This document shows positions 35,415 through 45,893 of a DNA stretch of 64,000 bases, in pieces; positions within the stretch are counted from its first letter, which is position 1, and each line of letters begins with the position of its first letter. Source of the DNA: an uncultured Planctomycetia bacterium (GTDB lineage: Bacteria; Omnitrophota; Gorgyraeia; 1-14-0-20-64-10); assembly GCA_964597545.1 (NCBI GenBank), contig CAZQXN010000001.1, positions 69,655-133,654 of the forward strand, written 5' to 3'. The position numbers and the translations under genes were made by a program. Below the pieces are notes generated by a model. It made no database searches. It was given only the letters and a program-made list of their open reading frames with translations, and was not told the DNA's origin.

Positions 35415-35993
35415 GTGAGCGACTGGTATCGCCGGTGGGGCAAACGGGTGCTGGACATTGGGCTTTCCTTGTTTGGGCTGGTCCTTTTCGCCTGGCCCAT
35501 GGCAGGTATTGCCTGTGTGATCTTCTGTCAGGCAGGCAAACCGGTTTTGTTTCATCAGGCGCGAATCGGGCTTCGGGGAAAACGCTTCGGGATTGTGAAG
35601 TTTCGAACCATGCGGGAGGATGATCGAGTTTTCTCTGCTTTTGCCCATTCGCTGCGCATAACAGCCATGGATGAGCTGCCGCAGCTGGTCCACATTTTGA
35701 AGGGGCAAATGAGCTTTGTGGGGCCGCGCCCTTTGGTGCCGGATGACTTAGTTGAGGTTCACCGGATGTCCGAAGGTCCCAAGCGGTTTTCTATGCGGCC
35801 GGGCTTAACGGGCCTGGCGCAGATTAACGCCGTCAAAGCGCCCTCTTTGGAGGAGCGGCTCAAGTGGGATCTGGCATACGCGAACCAGTGCTCTCTTTGG
35901 CTGGACATGCGCACCATATTGAAGTCGGTGTGGGTGACTCTGCGCGGTGCCTGGGAAGATGACTCTTCCGCGCAACTTCCGGGACAAGGATAG
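35415..35993 (+). CDS. Undecaprenyl-phosphate sugar phosphotransferase (small bacterial sugar transferase, PglC/WbaP C-terminal-domain type); the priming enzyme
   Basis: KRVLDIGLSLFGLVLFAWPM...KPVLFHQARIGLRGKRFGIVKFRTM...MSFVGPRPLVPDD, which are canonical motifs of the bacterial sugar transferase family. Confidence 0.85.
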   Translation: MSDWYRRWGKRVLDIGLSLFGLVLFAWPMAGIACVIFCQAGKPVLFHQARIGLRGKRFGIVKFRTMREDDRVFSAFAHSLRITAMDELPQLVHILKGQMSFVGPRPLVPDDLVEVHRMSEGPKRFSMRPGLTGLAQINAVKAPSLEERLKWDLAYANQCSLWLDMRTILKSVWVTLRGAWEDDSSAQLPGQG

Positions 35994-35995
35994 AG

Positions 35996-37909
35996 ATGGC
36001 ACGCACACTTGAGGAGTGGCATCTGGACGATTACTTGAGGACCCTGGCGCTCAACAAGTGGTTTATCCTGCTGATCACAGCCATCGCGGTTGGGGTTTCG
36101 GTGGCTTCTCTCTCGCAAAAACCAGATCGCTACACCACCACCGCACAAATCCTCATTGAGACCGAGCCTCCCCGGTATCTTAAATTCCAACAGGAAGGAT
36201 CCTCGCACGGACAGTCTTGGGACAAGCGTTTCCTGGAGACAGAGTATTACCTTATTTCAAGCCCTGTTGTTTTGGATCGCGTGGCCGAGACATTACGCCT
36301 CGCAGACTTTGCCCCCTTTTCTAACGCAGCGGATCCAACCGAACAACTTGCTGCGATGGTTTCCGTCCAGCCCCTCCGGGGGACAAAGCTAGTGGATGTC
36401 AAGGTGACCGGCGAAAAACCGGAGCTGATTTCCAAGATCGCCGATGCGGTGGCAGATACGTATGTTCGGTTTAACTTAGAGCGCCGGCGATCCCTCACCA
36501 CGGGGGGGCTGTATTGGATCCGGGAAGAGCTGCGCAAGATGGAAGGTCGCATTCAAGCTTCCCAGGAACAGCTTCGCGTACTTTTGGCAAAACACCCGGA
36601 CATCGATATGAGCGCAGAGCAGCAGAGGGCAGTGCTTCGGCGCCTGCAGAGCTTAAACACTGCTCTGACGAATACACGCAAGGAGCGCATTGAAGCGCAG
36701 GCCCGTTTTCGCGAAAAGCACCCCAAGATCTTAGAGCTGGCAGCCAAGGAAAAAGAGCTGAGCCTGGCCCTCTTTGACCAGGAGCAAAGCGCCCTGGAGG
36801 CCAATCGAATTTCCATCCAGTACAGCGCCCTTGAGCGAGAGGTCAAGACCGGCGAGCAGATCTACAATATTCTGCTGACCCGAATGAAGCAGCTCGCAGT
36901 CCAGGAGGGGCTGGAGACCAACAATGTGCAGGTGGTCAACCATGCTAGAATTCCCATTAAACCGTTCGCACCCAACCGGCAATCCGTTTTGTGGGGCGCT
37001 ATTCTGTTGGGCCTGGTGGTCGGGGGCAGCTTGAGCATTCTGCGCACGGCGCTGGCTAAGGTGATTCTCACGCGCCAAGAGTTCGAGGAGATTGTCGGTA
37101 TACCGTACTTGGGGCAGATCCCCTCTGTCCCCAGGCGGATACACAGCAGCAATAAACAACTACCCCTTCTGAATGCACCTCAATCCTCTGCCGCAGAAGC
37201 AATCCGGGGTATCCGAACAAGCCTTGCCTTTATCGTCTCTGGCAAAGGATCGCATGTGCTGGTGGTTACCAGCGCTCTGCCGGAGGAAGGGAAATCGCTG
37301 ACCTGCGCCAATCTGGCCATCGGACTCAAAGAGCTGGGCGAAGAGGTACTGTTGATCGATGCGGACATGCGCCGCCCCTCCGTCCACCAGCGCTTCAATC
37401 TGCCCCTGGCTCCGGGTTTGAGCGCTTATCTCCAGCATCGGGTAAATGTCGAGGATTTGGTACAATCTACTCAAGGGGCCAGAGGGCTTTCTGTGATCTC
37501 GGCTGGGACAAACGTTTTGCACCCCAGTGATCTCTTGGCCAGTGAACGCATGGGGGAGCTGCTGCGCTTGAGCCGGGAGCGGTATCGGTTCTGCCTCATA
37601 GATACGCCACCGGTGCTGGCTGTCCCGGATACAGCGGCTCTCTCCAAGTTTGTGGATGGAGCCATCTATGTGGTGCGGGGAAACCGAACGCATCAAGAGG
37701 CCGCCCAGGCGGGGAAGGCCAGGCTTTCCGATGTGGGCATCCGGGTGGTTGGGGGGATTCTGAATGCCGTGCCTATTAAGATTGCCCGACATTATCCTGA
37801 CGCCTATTACCCCAGGAGCTATACGGTCAGCGGTGACTGGGAGAAGGGGCCCGTGACAAAATCGGATTTTTCATCGGAGATAAACCGTGAAGGCTCTCAA
37901 CCCGGATAA
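35996..37909 (+). CDS. Polysaccharide co-polymerase / BY-kinase (Wzc / GumC-like), paralog 1
   Basis: An N-terminal Wzz-like TM and periplasmic coiled-coil, and a C-terminal P-loop ATPase (VTSALPEEGKSLTCANLAIGL...LLIDADMRRP) with a Tyr-containing tail. Confidence 0.8.
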   Translation: MARTLEEWHLDDYLRTLALNKWFILLITAIAVGVSVASLSQKPDRYTTTAQILIETEPPRYLKFQQEGSSHGQSWDKRFLETEYYLISSPVVLDRVAETLRLADFAPFSNAADPTEQLAAMVSVQPLRGTKLVDVKVTGEKPELISKIADAVADTYVRFNLERRRSLTTGGLYWIREELRKMEGRIQASQEQLRVLLAKHPDIDMSAEQQRAVLRRLQSLNTALTNTRKERIEAQARFREKHPKILELAAKEKELSLALFDQEQSALEANRISIQYSALEREVKTGEQIYNILLTRMKQLAVQEGLETNNVQVVNHARIPIKPFAPNRQSVLWGAILLGLVVGGSLSILRTALAKVILTRQEFEEIVGIPYLGQIPSVPRRIHSSNKQLPLLNAPQSSAAEAIRGIRTSLAFIVSGKGSHVLVVTSALPEEGKSLTCANLAIGLKELGEEVLLIDADMRRPSVHQRFNLPLAPGLSAYLQHRVNVEDLVQSTQGARGLSVISAGTNVLHPSDLLASERMGELLRLSRERYRFCLIDTPPVLAVPDTAALSKFVDGAIYVVRGNRTHQEAAQAGKARLSDVGIRVVGGILNAVPIKIARHYPDAYYPRSYTVSGDWEKGPVTKSDFSSEINREGSQPG

Positions 37910-37925
37910 GGGGACCGTGTAACCC

Positions 37926-39872
37926 ATGGCGCGCTCGCTCGAGGAGTGGCAGCTAGACGATTATCTGCGAAGCCTGCTGCTTCACAAGTGGGGCATCCTT
38001 CTGATCACCCTCCTTTTCGGCGGATACACAGCCCTTCAGATGGCCCAACAGCCCAACATCTATAGGGCAGCCACTCGAATCCTGATCGAAACAGACACGC
38101 CGCGGTATCTTCGGTTCCAAGAGGTGATGCCTTACGGTGGCAGGGGGTCGGACCGCGAATTCCTTCAAACCGAGTATCAGGTAATCGCTAGCCGCGCGGT
38201 CATGTCCCAGGTCGTCGACAACCTCCACCTGGCAGCCTTCCCTCCTTTCTCGCGTGCCAAGGATCCGGTACGCCGCCTGCAGTCCATGGTCGCTGTCCAG
38301 CCGGTCCGGGGAACCAAGCTCGTGGACATCGGGGCCACCGGACTCAAGCCTGAGCTCATCTCCAGGATTGCCGATTCTGTTGCAGATACCTATGCGCGCC
38401 TTAATCTGGAGCGCCGGCGGAGCCTCACGAGCGGCGGCATCGGGTGGATTCAGAAAGAGCTCGAGAAGATGGAGGAGAAGATCCAGGCTGCCCAGCAGGG
38501 ACTCCACAACTTCCTGGAGGAAAATTCGGGGGTTGACTTCGGGGTGGAGCAGCAGAAGTCGGTTCTTCAGCGCCTTCAAGCCCTAAACGCCGCCTTGACC
38601 AATACGCGCAAGGAACGCATTGAGGCTCAAACCCGGTTCCGGCAGAAGCACCCCAAGATCCTGGAGCTGCAGGCCAAGGAACAGGAGCTGCAGCTTGCCC
38701 TCTTTGATCAGGAGCAAAGAGCCCTTGAGGCCAACCGGCTCTCCATCCAGTACAGCGCCCTCCATCGGGAGGTCAAGACCAGCGAGCAGATCTACAACAT
38801 TTTGCTCACCCGCATGAAACAGCTTTCGGTTCAGGAGGGGCTCGAAACCAACAATGTGCAGGTGGTGGATTACGCCATCGTTCCGGATTTCCCCATCGGG
38901 CCTCCGCGGCGAAGCCGCACCAGTTCCTCCGCCATGGTCGGTTTTGCAATCGGCTGCGGCCTGGCAATCTTGAGGGAGCTCTTAAGCCGCACCATCCGAA
39001 CGCGCCAGGAGTTCGAACAGCTCCTGGAGATACCCTTCCTTGGACACCTGCCCATGGTTCAAAAAGAGCACTTGAAGCGCGGGGCCGCAACATTCGTGGC
39101 GCCCAACATTGCCCTCGGCGGCTTTGGCGAAGCGCTGCGCTCAGTCAGAACTACCCTTGAATTCGTGCTGCCTTCGGCGGAGTCTCATTTATTGCTCGTT
39201 ACCAGCTCCCTTCCGGAAGAAGGCAAAACCTTCTGCTCGGTGAACTTGGCCGTCGCGCTCCATGAACTCGGACGTAAGGTGCTCCTTATAGATGGAGATT
39301 TGCGCCGCCCTTCGCTTCATCGCATGCTGAAAATCCCGCTTGAGCCGGGCTTGAGCGGTTTCTTAGAGGGCCGTATCGGCGAGGAGGAGTTAATCCAAAC
39401 GGTTCCCTCCATAGAGGGGTTCCCGGTGGTGGCGGCCGGCATGTCACCCACGCAACCCACCGATCTTCTGAGCAGCCCGAAGTTGGCGGAACTGCTCAAG
39501 AGTTGGAGAGCACAGTTCCAGTACATCCTCATCGACTCGCCGCCTACATTGGTGGCTGCAGATTCGGTCGTTCTGGCCTCAGCGACAGATGGTGTTATCT
39601 TCGTTGTTCGGGCCAACCGGACACACGACGAGGCGGCCATCGCCGGAAAGCAGCGGCTCGTCGATGTAGGGGCAAAAATCCTTGGAGGGATATTGAACGT
39701 CGCCAACCTCCAGATGGAGCGGGGCTACCGGTACTACTATTCCTATCGCTACTATCACTCCAAGGGGTACGGGAAAGAGCGCAGAGGGCACCGCCCCTCC
39801 CGCCGCGCCTCGGGTGACTCGGGAATCTCCCCAATCGGGCCTACGCCCGGTGGGCCAGATGAAACAACCTGA
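37926..39872 (+). CDS. Polysaccharide co-polymerase / BY-kinase (Wzc-like), paralog 2
   Basis: Collinear with paralog 1 (MARSLEEWQLDDYLRSL versus MARTLEEWHLDDYLRTL; the LQSLNTALTNTRKERIEAQ.RFR.KHPKILEL segment is near-identical), plus a C-terminal Tyr cluster YRYYYSYRYYHSKGY. Confidence 0.8.
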   Translation: MARSLEEWQLDDYLRSLLLHKWGILLITLLFGGYTALQMAQQPNIYRAATRILIETDTPRYLRFQEVMPYGGRGSDREFLQTEYQVIASRAVMSQVVDNLHLAAFPPFSRAKDPVRRLQSMVAVQPVRGTKLVDIGATGLKPELISRIADSVADTYARLNLERRRSLTSGGIGWIQKELEKMEEKIQAAQQGLHNFLEENSGVDFGVEQQKSVLQRLQALNAALTNTRKERIEAQTRFRQKHPKILELQAKEQELQLALFDQEQRALEANRLSIQYSALHREVKTSEQIYNILLTRMKQLSVQEGLETNNVQVVDYAIVPDFPIGPPRRSRTSSSAMVGFAIGCGLAILRELLSRTIRTRQEFEQLLEIPFLGHLPMVQKEHLKRGAATFVAPNIALGGFGEALRSVRTTLEFVLPSAESHLLLVTSSLPEEGKTFCSVNLAVALHELGRKVLLIDGDLRRPSLHRMLKIPLEPGLSGFLEGRIGEEELIQTVPSIEGFPVVAAGMSPTQPTDLLSSPKLAELLKSWRAQFQYILIDSPPTLVAADSVVLASATDGVIFVVRANRTHDEAAIAGKQRLVDVGAKILGGILNVANLQMERGYRYYYSYRYYHSKGYGKERRGHRPSRRASGDSGISPIGPTPGGPDETT

Positions 39873-39954
39873 TTCCTTGGGATGGCTGATGTCCGCAACC
39901 GTTATACCTGCGGAACCTTTCGTTCTTCGACCTGGCTGCACTCGCTGAACACCT

Positions 39955-41376
39955 ATGGTTAAAACTCAAAAAAACACCTCTGGGGTGTGGGGAACCATCT
40001 CTGTGCTGGCCGCAGCCTGGATCATCCTGTATGTTACGAAATTCCGCTGGGCAAGCGCCGAAGAAGCGCACTGGACGGCACTGCTCTATGTGCTGTGCTG
40101 CATTCCAACCGTCGCTTTTGTCGCCGGACATAAGTTTCGCATTCCGCTCATGCCGATGTGGGGCCTCGGTTATTTCATGCTTTTCGGCGTTCCTCTTCTG
40201 GGAGAAGCAGAATTGGGGGTGTTCGGCTGGATACCCTCAGAGCTTGTCGCAGCAGCGCTTCGATTGACGGTTGCAGGGGCTCTGGCCTGCCTGATCGCAT
40301 TCTACTCGCCTCTAGGCCAGCTGGTGGAAAGTTTTGTTCCGCATCTGAAGCTTCCCTGGGATGTAGAGCGAGCTCCAAAAATAGGAATCGCCCTCATCAT
40401 CGTCGGTCTTGCCTGTTACTACTATAAATTGACTTCGCCGCCCTCCTTGGTAATGGGGCAGCTTGTATTTCTGCTGTCGCAGCTGGTTATTGTCGGCTCC
40501 CTTACACTGTTTCTCCTTCAGCTGCGAGGACATCTCTCCCGCATGCTCAAGGTTTTCCTGTGGGGTGTCACTATACCGATATTGTTCCTGATGGGATTGG
40601 GGACGGGAGCTCTTTGGCAGGTCATCCGGAGCTTGGCCCCCTTGTTGTTCTGCTACGCTGCCGAACGCCGCAGGCTCCCGTGGGTTGGGATGGCTGTTCT
40701 GGCCATCAGCATCATCCCATTTCTGGGCTTTAAGCATGAGTATCGCTCGTACGCCTGGCATAGGGAAGAGCCCGAAACCATGGCCGCGCCCCCTTCGCCG
40801 ATCGAGCGAGGTTTGGCCTTTGTTCGGCTGACCAGCCAACGCCTGACCGAAGGGGGCGTGGAAAGTTACGCCGTGGCGGCAGAAACAGCAGAGGCTCGAG
40901 TGAATCACCTGCAAGTTCTCGCTACCGTCATGGACATGACGCCTTCCCTGATCCCTTACTGGCGCGGAGAAACTTATCAAACGCTCTGGTGGGTGCTTGT
41001 TCCTCGGTTTCTGTTCCCAGAGAAACCCACCAAGATGCTGGGACAAGAATTTGGTCACCGCTACAGCCTTCTTCATCCGGAGGATTTCACGACCTCCTTC
41101 AACCTTCCACACCAAGTCATCGAGATGTACATCAACTTTGGCACCATCGGTGTGGTCATCGGGATGATCGTCGTGGGGCTGGTCTACCGGACCACTCTGA
41201 CGCTGCTCAGCCACCCGGACTCCGGTGAGCGCGGTATCATCATCGGTTGCGCGCTGCTGGGCAACCTCATGGCCCTGGACAGTGACTTCTCTCTTGTGTT
41301 CGGAGGGCTGTTCTACTACGTTGCGCTGATGGCCTTCTTCACGCGATTCCTCCAGCCGAGGACATCAACGGCCTGA
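39955..41376 (+). CDS. Polytopic membrane protein, putative polysaccharide polymerase/ligase (Wzy/O-antigen-ligase-like)
   Basis: The 473-aa ORF has about 10-12 TM helices and a larger loop. The call rests on its location between the Wzc genes and the glycosyltransferases and on its topology. Confidence 0.4.
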   Translation: MVKTQKNTSGVWGTISVLAAAWIILYVTKFRWASAEEAHWTALLYVLCCIPTVAFVAGHKFRIPLMPMWGLGYFMLFGVPLLGEAELGVFGWIPSELVAAALRLTVAGALACLIAFYSPLGQLVESFVPHLKLPWDVERAPKIGIALIIVGLACYYYKLTSPPSLVMGQLVFLLSQLVIVGSLTLFLLQLRGHLSRMLKVFLWGVTIPILFLMGLGTGALWQVIRSLAPLLFCYAAERRRLPWVGMAVLAISIIPFLGFKHEYRSYAWHREEPETMAAPPSPIERGLAFVRLTSQRLTEGGVESYAVAAETAEARVNHLQVLATVMDMTPSLIPYWRGETYQTLWWVLVPRFLFPEKPTKMLGQEFGHRYSLLHPEDFTTSFNLPHQVIEMYINFGTIGVVIGMIVVGLVYRTTLTLLSHPDSGERGIIIGCALLGNLMALDSDFSLVFGGLFYYVALMAFFTRFLQPRTSTA

Positions 41377-42239
41377 TGAAACCGCCCGTCACCGCAGTGG
41401 TGTTAACCCTCAACGAGGAGCTGAATCTCCCCGCCTGTCTGGATTCGCTTGGGGGCTTGTGCAAGCAAACCTTTGTTGTCGACTCCGGCAGCACGGATCG
41501 AACGGCAGAGATCGCCCAGCGGTTCGGAGCACAGGTGATTCAGCACCCGTTCGAAACCCACGCCAAGCAATGGAATTGGGCGTTTCAGCGCTTGCCTATC
41601 ACCGGCGAATGGGTTCTCGCTCTGGATGCGGACCAGCGCGTCACGCCGGAACTTAAAGATGAGATTCTCCACGCCCTGCCCGAGACTCCCGATGAGGTCG
41701 CCGGCTACTACCTCCCCCGCAAGCAGTTCTTCCGGGGACGCTGGATTCGCTGGGGAGGCTACTGGCCAAAGCATCTGTTGAAATTGTTCCGGAGGGGTGC
41801 AGCGCATTCAGATGAACAAGAGCTCGTGGACTTCCGATTCTACGTGAGAGGAGAAACCCGCTGCCTGAAACAGCCTCTCATTGAAGAGAATCTCAAGGAG
41901 CGACACATCGCATTCTGGCTGCAGAAACATCTACGCTTCATCGATCTGCAAGCGCAGGAAGAATACCGAAGGCGGCACCGCCGGGTAGGATGGGCCATCC
42001 CGCCGGCGCCCCTGGGAACGCCGGATCAGCGGGTGCTATTTTGGAAGCGGATTTGGTATTGGATGCCCCGTTATGCCAGACCCTTTCTCTACTATGGGCA
42101 CCGCTACATCTTCCAGCTTGGGGTGCTGGATGGTCGGCAAGGGGCCCTGTTCCATTTCTTGCAGGCGTTCTGGCTAAGGCTTATGATTGATGTTCGGCTG
42201 GGAGAGCTTGAACGAGCAGATAAGATCTCGCTATCGTGA
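41376..42239 (+). CDS. Family 2 glycosyltransferase
   Basis: VTAVVLTLNEELNLPACLDSL...FVVDSGSTDRT, i.e. an N-terminal GT-A fold with a DxD-like motif. Confidence 0.75.
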   Translation: MKPPVTAVVLTLNEELNLPACLDSLGGLCKQTFVVDSGSTDRTAEIAQRFGAQVIQHPFETHAKQWNWAFQRLPITGEWVLALDADQRVTPELKDEILHALPETPDEVAGYYLPRKQFFRGRWIRWGGYWPKHLLKLFRRGAAHSDEQELVDFRFYVRGETRCLKQPLIEENLKERHIAFWLQKHLRFIDLQAQEEYRRRHRRVGWAIPPAPLGTPDQRVLFWKRIWYWMPRYARPFLYYGHRYIFQLGVLDGRQGALFHFLQAFWLRLMIDVRLGELERADKISLS

Positions 42240-42970
42240 TCAACGAATGGAGCCCCGAAGCGTGGGAGGCTTACTGCACCGCCAATCCAGCCAGACGCAT
42301 CAAAATGGAACGAGACCGCCAGTTGGCATCAGAGCTACTGGGCAGCAGAGGGAATGCGCGCCTCCTCGAAGCCGGCTGCGGATACGGAAGGCTCACCCCC
42401 ACCCTGCTTCAGAGCGGTCGAGTAGTCGTCATGGATCGGGAGCTTAAAATGGTCCGGGCAGTCTGCAAAGGGTTGGGCCGCAGGTTATCCGGTGTTGTGT
42501 CGAACATCGAGAAGCTCTCGGTCCGTCCTGGGGCGTTTGATGCTGTGGTGTGCATCGGAGTTCTCATGCACCTGCGCGATCCCCTGAAAGCCACCGAAGA
42601 ACTCGCCCAAACCGTCAAACCGGGAGGGAAATTGATCTTGAGCTGGAACAACAGCTGGTCCCCTTGGGCGTGGTTGCTCGCCGGCTGGGCCCGCCGCCCC
42701 GGTGCGCTGCCCCAAAGGTTTTTGAGCAGGCAGCGGCTCTTGCGAAAACTGCAGCAACTCGGATTCTCCATCCGGATTGTGCGGGGCGACGCACTGATCC
42801 CGCTTGCGGCGTCGATCCCGGGAATCCAGCGATCCTTGTGGCCCTTGTGGCTGGCGAGGATGGCTGTTCGGATTGAGCGATGGCCGGGCGCGCGCCGCTT
42901 ATTGGCAGCGCAGGGTTATGAGCTATTTGCCTTGGCCCAGCGGAGAGCAGAACCCCTGTGCTCATCCTAG
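42236..42970 (+). CDS. Class I SAM-dependent methyltransferase
   Basis: LLEAGCGYGRLTP (motif I) ... VVCIGVLMHL ... VKPGGKLIL. Confidence 0.7.
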   Translation: MINEWSPEAWEAYCTANPARRIKMERDRQLASELLGSRGNARLLEAGCGYGRLTPTLLQSGRVVVMDRELKMVRAVCKGLGRRLSGVVSNIEKLSVRPGAFDAVVCIGVLMHLRDPLKATEELAQTVKPGGKLILSWNNSWSPWAWLLAGWARRPGALPQRFLSRQRLLRKLQQLGFSIRIVRGDALIPLAASIPGIQRSLWPLWLARMAVRIERWPGARRLLAAQGYELFALAQRRAEPLCSS

Positions 42971-44700
42971 GCATCAACGCCTATCACGCCGATGCCTCCG
43001 CTGCTCTGTTGTGCGACGGAAGGCTGATCGCGGCAGCCGAGGAAGAGCGTTTCGTTCGAATCAAGCACGTTTCCGGCTTCCCGTCGAAAGCCATCCGGTA
43101 CTGCCTTAAGGCGGGAGGCGTTCGTCCGGAAGATCTTGGCGCCATCGCCATCTCCCGCAACCCCAGAGCACACCTTCTGCCCAGGGCCTGGGCAGCGTTC
43201 CGCAGGGGCTTGAATCGCCAGGCGCTCCAAGACCGCCTGGCCAATCTGGTCAGCGTTCAGAACGTCAAGAAGGCGTTGGCGTACGCGCTCGAGGTGCCCC
43301 CTAAGCGTCTCAAAGCGAAAACCTACTTTGCAGAACATCATCGCGCCCACACCGCATCAAGCTTCTATCCATCCGGCTGGGAGGAGGCCGTGGTTCTCTC
43401 GCTGGACGGATTGGGTGACTTCATGAGTGGCGCTTGGGGAATGGGGCGGGGAAATCGTTTGTTCATCCATGGAGGGGTCTCATTCCCTCACTCATTGGGC
43501 ATCCTGTACACCGCCATCACGCAATTCCTGGGATTCTCCTTTTACGGGGATGAATACAAGGTGATGGGTCTGGCGGCATACGGCAGACCGGAACGGTACC
43601 GGCAGGCGATGGCCACCTTGGTTCAGGAGGGGAAGCGTCGGGGGTACCGGCTGGGACTTCAATATTTCCGACACCAGGCAGCGGGCGCCCTCATGACGTG
43701 GGCCAGCGGGGCCCCTTCGCTGGAACCCCTGTTCGCACCCTCTCTAGAAAAACTGCTGGGGCCCGCCCGCCAACCCCAGGATGCGTTAGAAGAGCGACAT
43801 GCCGACATCGCCGCTGCCCTGCAGGAGCGCTTGGAACAGGTTGTCTTTCGCCTCATGCAGGCTCTTGCTGTGCGGTACAGAAGCTCCCGGCTCTGCTATG
43901 CGGGGGGTGTTGCGCTGAACTGCACGCTCAACGGCAAGATCACCCAACAGACCCCTTTTCGCCACCTCTTCATTCAGCCCGCTGCATATGATGGCGGAAC
44001 TTCTTTGGGGGCAGCGCTTTATGTTGCGCACCACCTACAGGGGCGGCCTCGCGCTCTTGTCATGACCCACGCGGCGTGGGGTCCTGATGTCGATGAAGAG
44101 AGGTGTCGCCAAGCCCTGGACCAACAGGGTGTTCCGTTCCGGAGATTGAATGAGGCAAGTCTATGTGAGGCAGCGGCAGCGGCCTTGTCCAAAGGTAAAA
44201 TTGTGGGATGGTTCCAGGGGCGGATGGAATTCGGCCCTCGAGCCCTGGGGCACCGATCGCTTCTGGCAGATCCCAGGGATCCAAAAATGAAAGAGCGCAT
44301 CAATGCGTGCGTTAAGCGACGGGAGTCGTTCCGTCCATTTGCCCCCTCGATTTTGACGGAAGCGCTCCCGGCTTACTTTCCAGGCGCGCGCCCGGATCCC
44401 TTCATGCTGTTTACCGCTCCGGCGGATGACGGCCTTAAAACGCGCATTCCCGCTGTCGTACACGCAGACAGCACAGGGCGACTTCAAGCGGTCGATCCAG
44501 AAGTCGATCCACTCTTCTGGAAACTGCTCAAGACCTTTGAAACCCGCACGGGGGTACCGGTCCTGCTCAACACCTCATTCAACGAGCAGGAACCGATTGT
44601 CTGCCATCCAAAAGAGGCTCTGGCCTGTTTCCAGCGCAACGGCGTGGACTGTTTAGCGCTCGGCCCCTTCTGGGTAGAACAAAAACGGGGAGCAGCATGA
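42958..44700 (+). CDS. Carbamoyltransferase (NodU/CmcH family)
   Basis: LILGINAYHADASAALLCDGRLIAAAEEERFVRIKH... is the canonical N-terminal Kae1/YgjD-like domain of NodU/CmcH O-carbamoyltransferases, and the C-terminal domain is present. Confidence 0.85.
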   Translation: MLILGINAYHADASAALLCDGRLIAAAEEERFVRIKHVSGFPSKAIRYCLKAGGVRPEDLGAIAISRNPRAHLLPRAWAAFRRGLNRQALQDRLANLVSVQNVKKALAYALEVPPKRLKAKTYFAEHHRAHTASSFYPSGWEEAVVLSLDGLGDFMSGAWGMGRGNRLFIHGGVSFPHSLGILYTAITQFLGFSFYGDEYKVMGLAAYGRPERYRQAMATLVQEGKRRGYRLGLQYFRHQAAGALMTWASGAPSLEPLFAPSLEKLLGPARQPQDALEERHADIAAALQERLEQVVFRLMQALAVRYRSSRLCYAGGVALNCTLNGKITQQTPFRHLFIQPAAYDGGTSLGAALYVAHHLQGRPRALVMTHAAWGPDVDEERCRQALDQQGVPFRRLNEASLCEAAAAALSKGKIVGWFQGRMEFGPRALGHRSLLADPRDPKMKERINACVKRRESFRPFAPSILTEALPAYFPGARPDPFMLFTAPADDGLKTRIPAVVHADSTGRLQAVDPEVDPLFWKLLKTFETRTGVPVLLNTSFNEQEPIVCHPKEALACFQRNGVDCLALGPFWVEQKRGAA

Positions 44701-45893
44701 AGGTTCTCCACGTCGTTGCCTCCCTGGCGTTAAGACACGGCGGCTCTACGATGAGCGTACGGGAGCTCTGCCGAGGGCTGGCACGCACCGGCATGGAGGT
44801 GGAGATACTGACAACCCTCCGAGGATACAACCCGAAGGTGGACGGCCCTGACGACGAATCGCTGAAAGAGACAGGGGTGAAGATTCAATACGTCCCTGTC
44901 CACCCATGGCGCTGGCTCGGACAGGGCTATGCTTACAGCCCAGTTTTTCGCCGCGTACTGGAACAGGCCGCCGCTCATTCAGACATCGTGCACATCCACG
45001 CCCTATGGCTCCATACTACCTACGCCGCCTCGCGCCTGTGCCAAAAGCGTCAAACCCCCTATGTTCTGTCTCCCTGCGGACTGCTGGACCCTTACGGATT
45101 CCGTTCCCGAGGCATCCTCAAGTGGCCTTACGGATTCCTGATCGAGCGCAAAACCCTCAGGGGTGCAGCAAGTATCCATTTCACAAGCGACTTGGAACAG
45201 CGCAGGGCGTTCAGGTTCGGCGTCACACAACCCACTGAAGTTGTCCCTTGCGCCATTCAAACACAAGACATTCCGAACCCATCCCCCGGGGCTTTCCGGG
45301 CACGGCACCCCGAGGCGGGGAACCGCAAAATCCTTCTGTTTCTCGGACGCCTTCATCCGAAAAAGCGGCCGGATTTCGTCGCCAAAACGTTCGTCCAGAT
45401 CGCCCGCCGCCGCAACGACATCCATCTTGTGGTTGCGGGCCCCGATGGCGGTGCCGGCTCAACCGTTCAGCAAATCCTCCGCCGGTCCGGATTGATGGAC
45501 CGCGCAACGCTTCCGGGCCTGCTCTCAGGCCCAGATAAATGGGCGGCTCTATACGACAGCAGCCTCTTCCTCCTTCCCTCTCTTGACGAAAATTTCGGCA
45601 TTGCCGTTCTGGAAGCCATGGCAGCGCGCCTACCCGTTCTCATTTCCCCTGAGGTGGGACTGGCCGATACGGTTGCCGGCGCTGGAGCTGGTGTCGTTGT
45701 TCAAGGCAATATAGAAAAATGGGTTTCTGCGGCCGAAGGCCTTCTGGGCAACCCGGAACGCTGCAGGCAAATGGGGAGGGCGGGGCGGCACCTTGCGATG
45801 AGCAGGTTTTCCGGCGACCACGTCGCCTCCATCACGAAAGACCTCTATGGCGCCATCATCAAAGAGGCGCACCAGGACTGCCGTGCCCGCTGA
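44697..45893 (+). CDS. GT4 family glycosyltransferase
   Basis: A GT-B fold with C-terminal motifs typical of GT4 (...LFLLPSLDENFGIAVLEAMAARLPVLISPEVG...). Confidence 0.75.
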   Translation: MKVLHVVASLALRHGGSTMSVRELCRGLARTGMEVEILTTLRGYNPKVDGPDDESLKETGVKIQYVPVHPWRWLGQGYAYSPVFRRVLEQAAAHSDIVHIHALWLHTTYAASRLCQKRQTPYVLSPCGLLDPYGFRSRGILKWPYGFLIERKTLRGAASIHFTSDLEQRRAFRFGVTQPTEVVPCAIQTQDIPNPSPGAFRARHPEAGNRKILLFLGRLHPKKRPDFVAKTFVQIARRRNDIHLVVAGPDGGAGSTVQQILRRSGLMDRATLPGLLSGPDKWAALYDSSLFLLPSLDENFGIAVLEAMAARLPVLISPEVGLADTVAGAGAGVVVQGNIEKWVSAAEGLLGNPERCRQMGRAGRHLAMSRFSGDHVASITKDLYGAIIKEAHQDCRAR

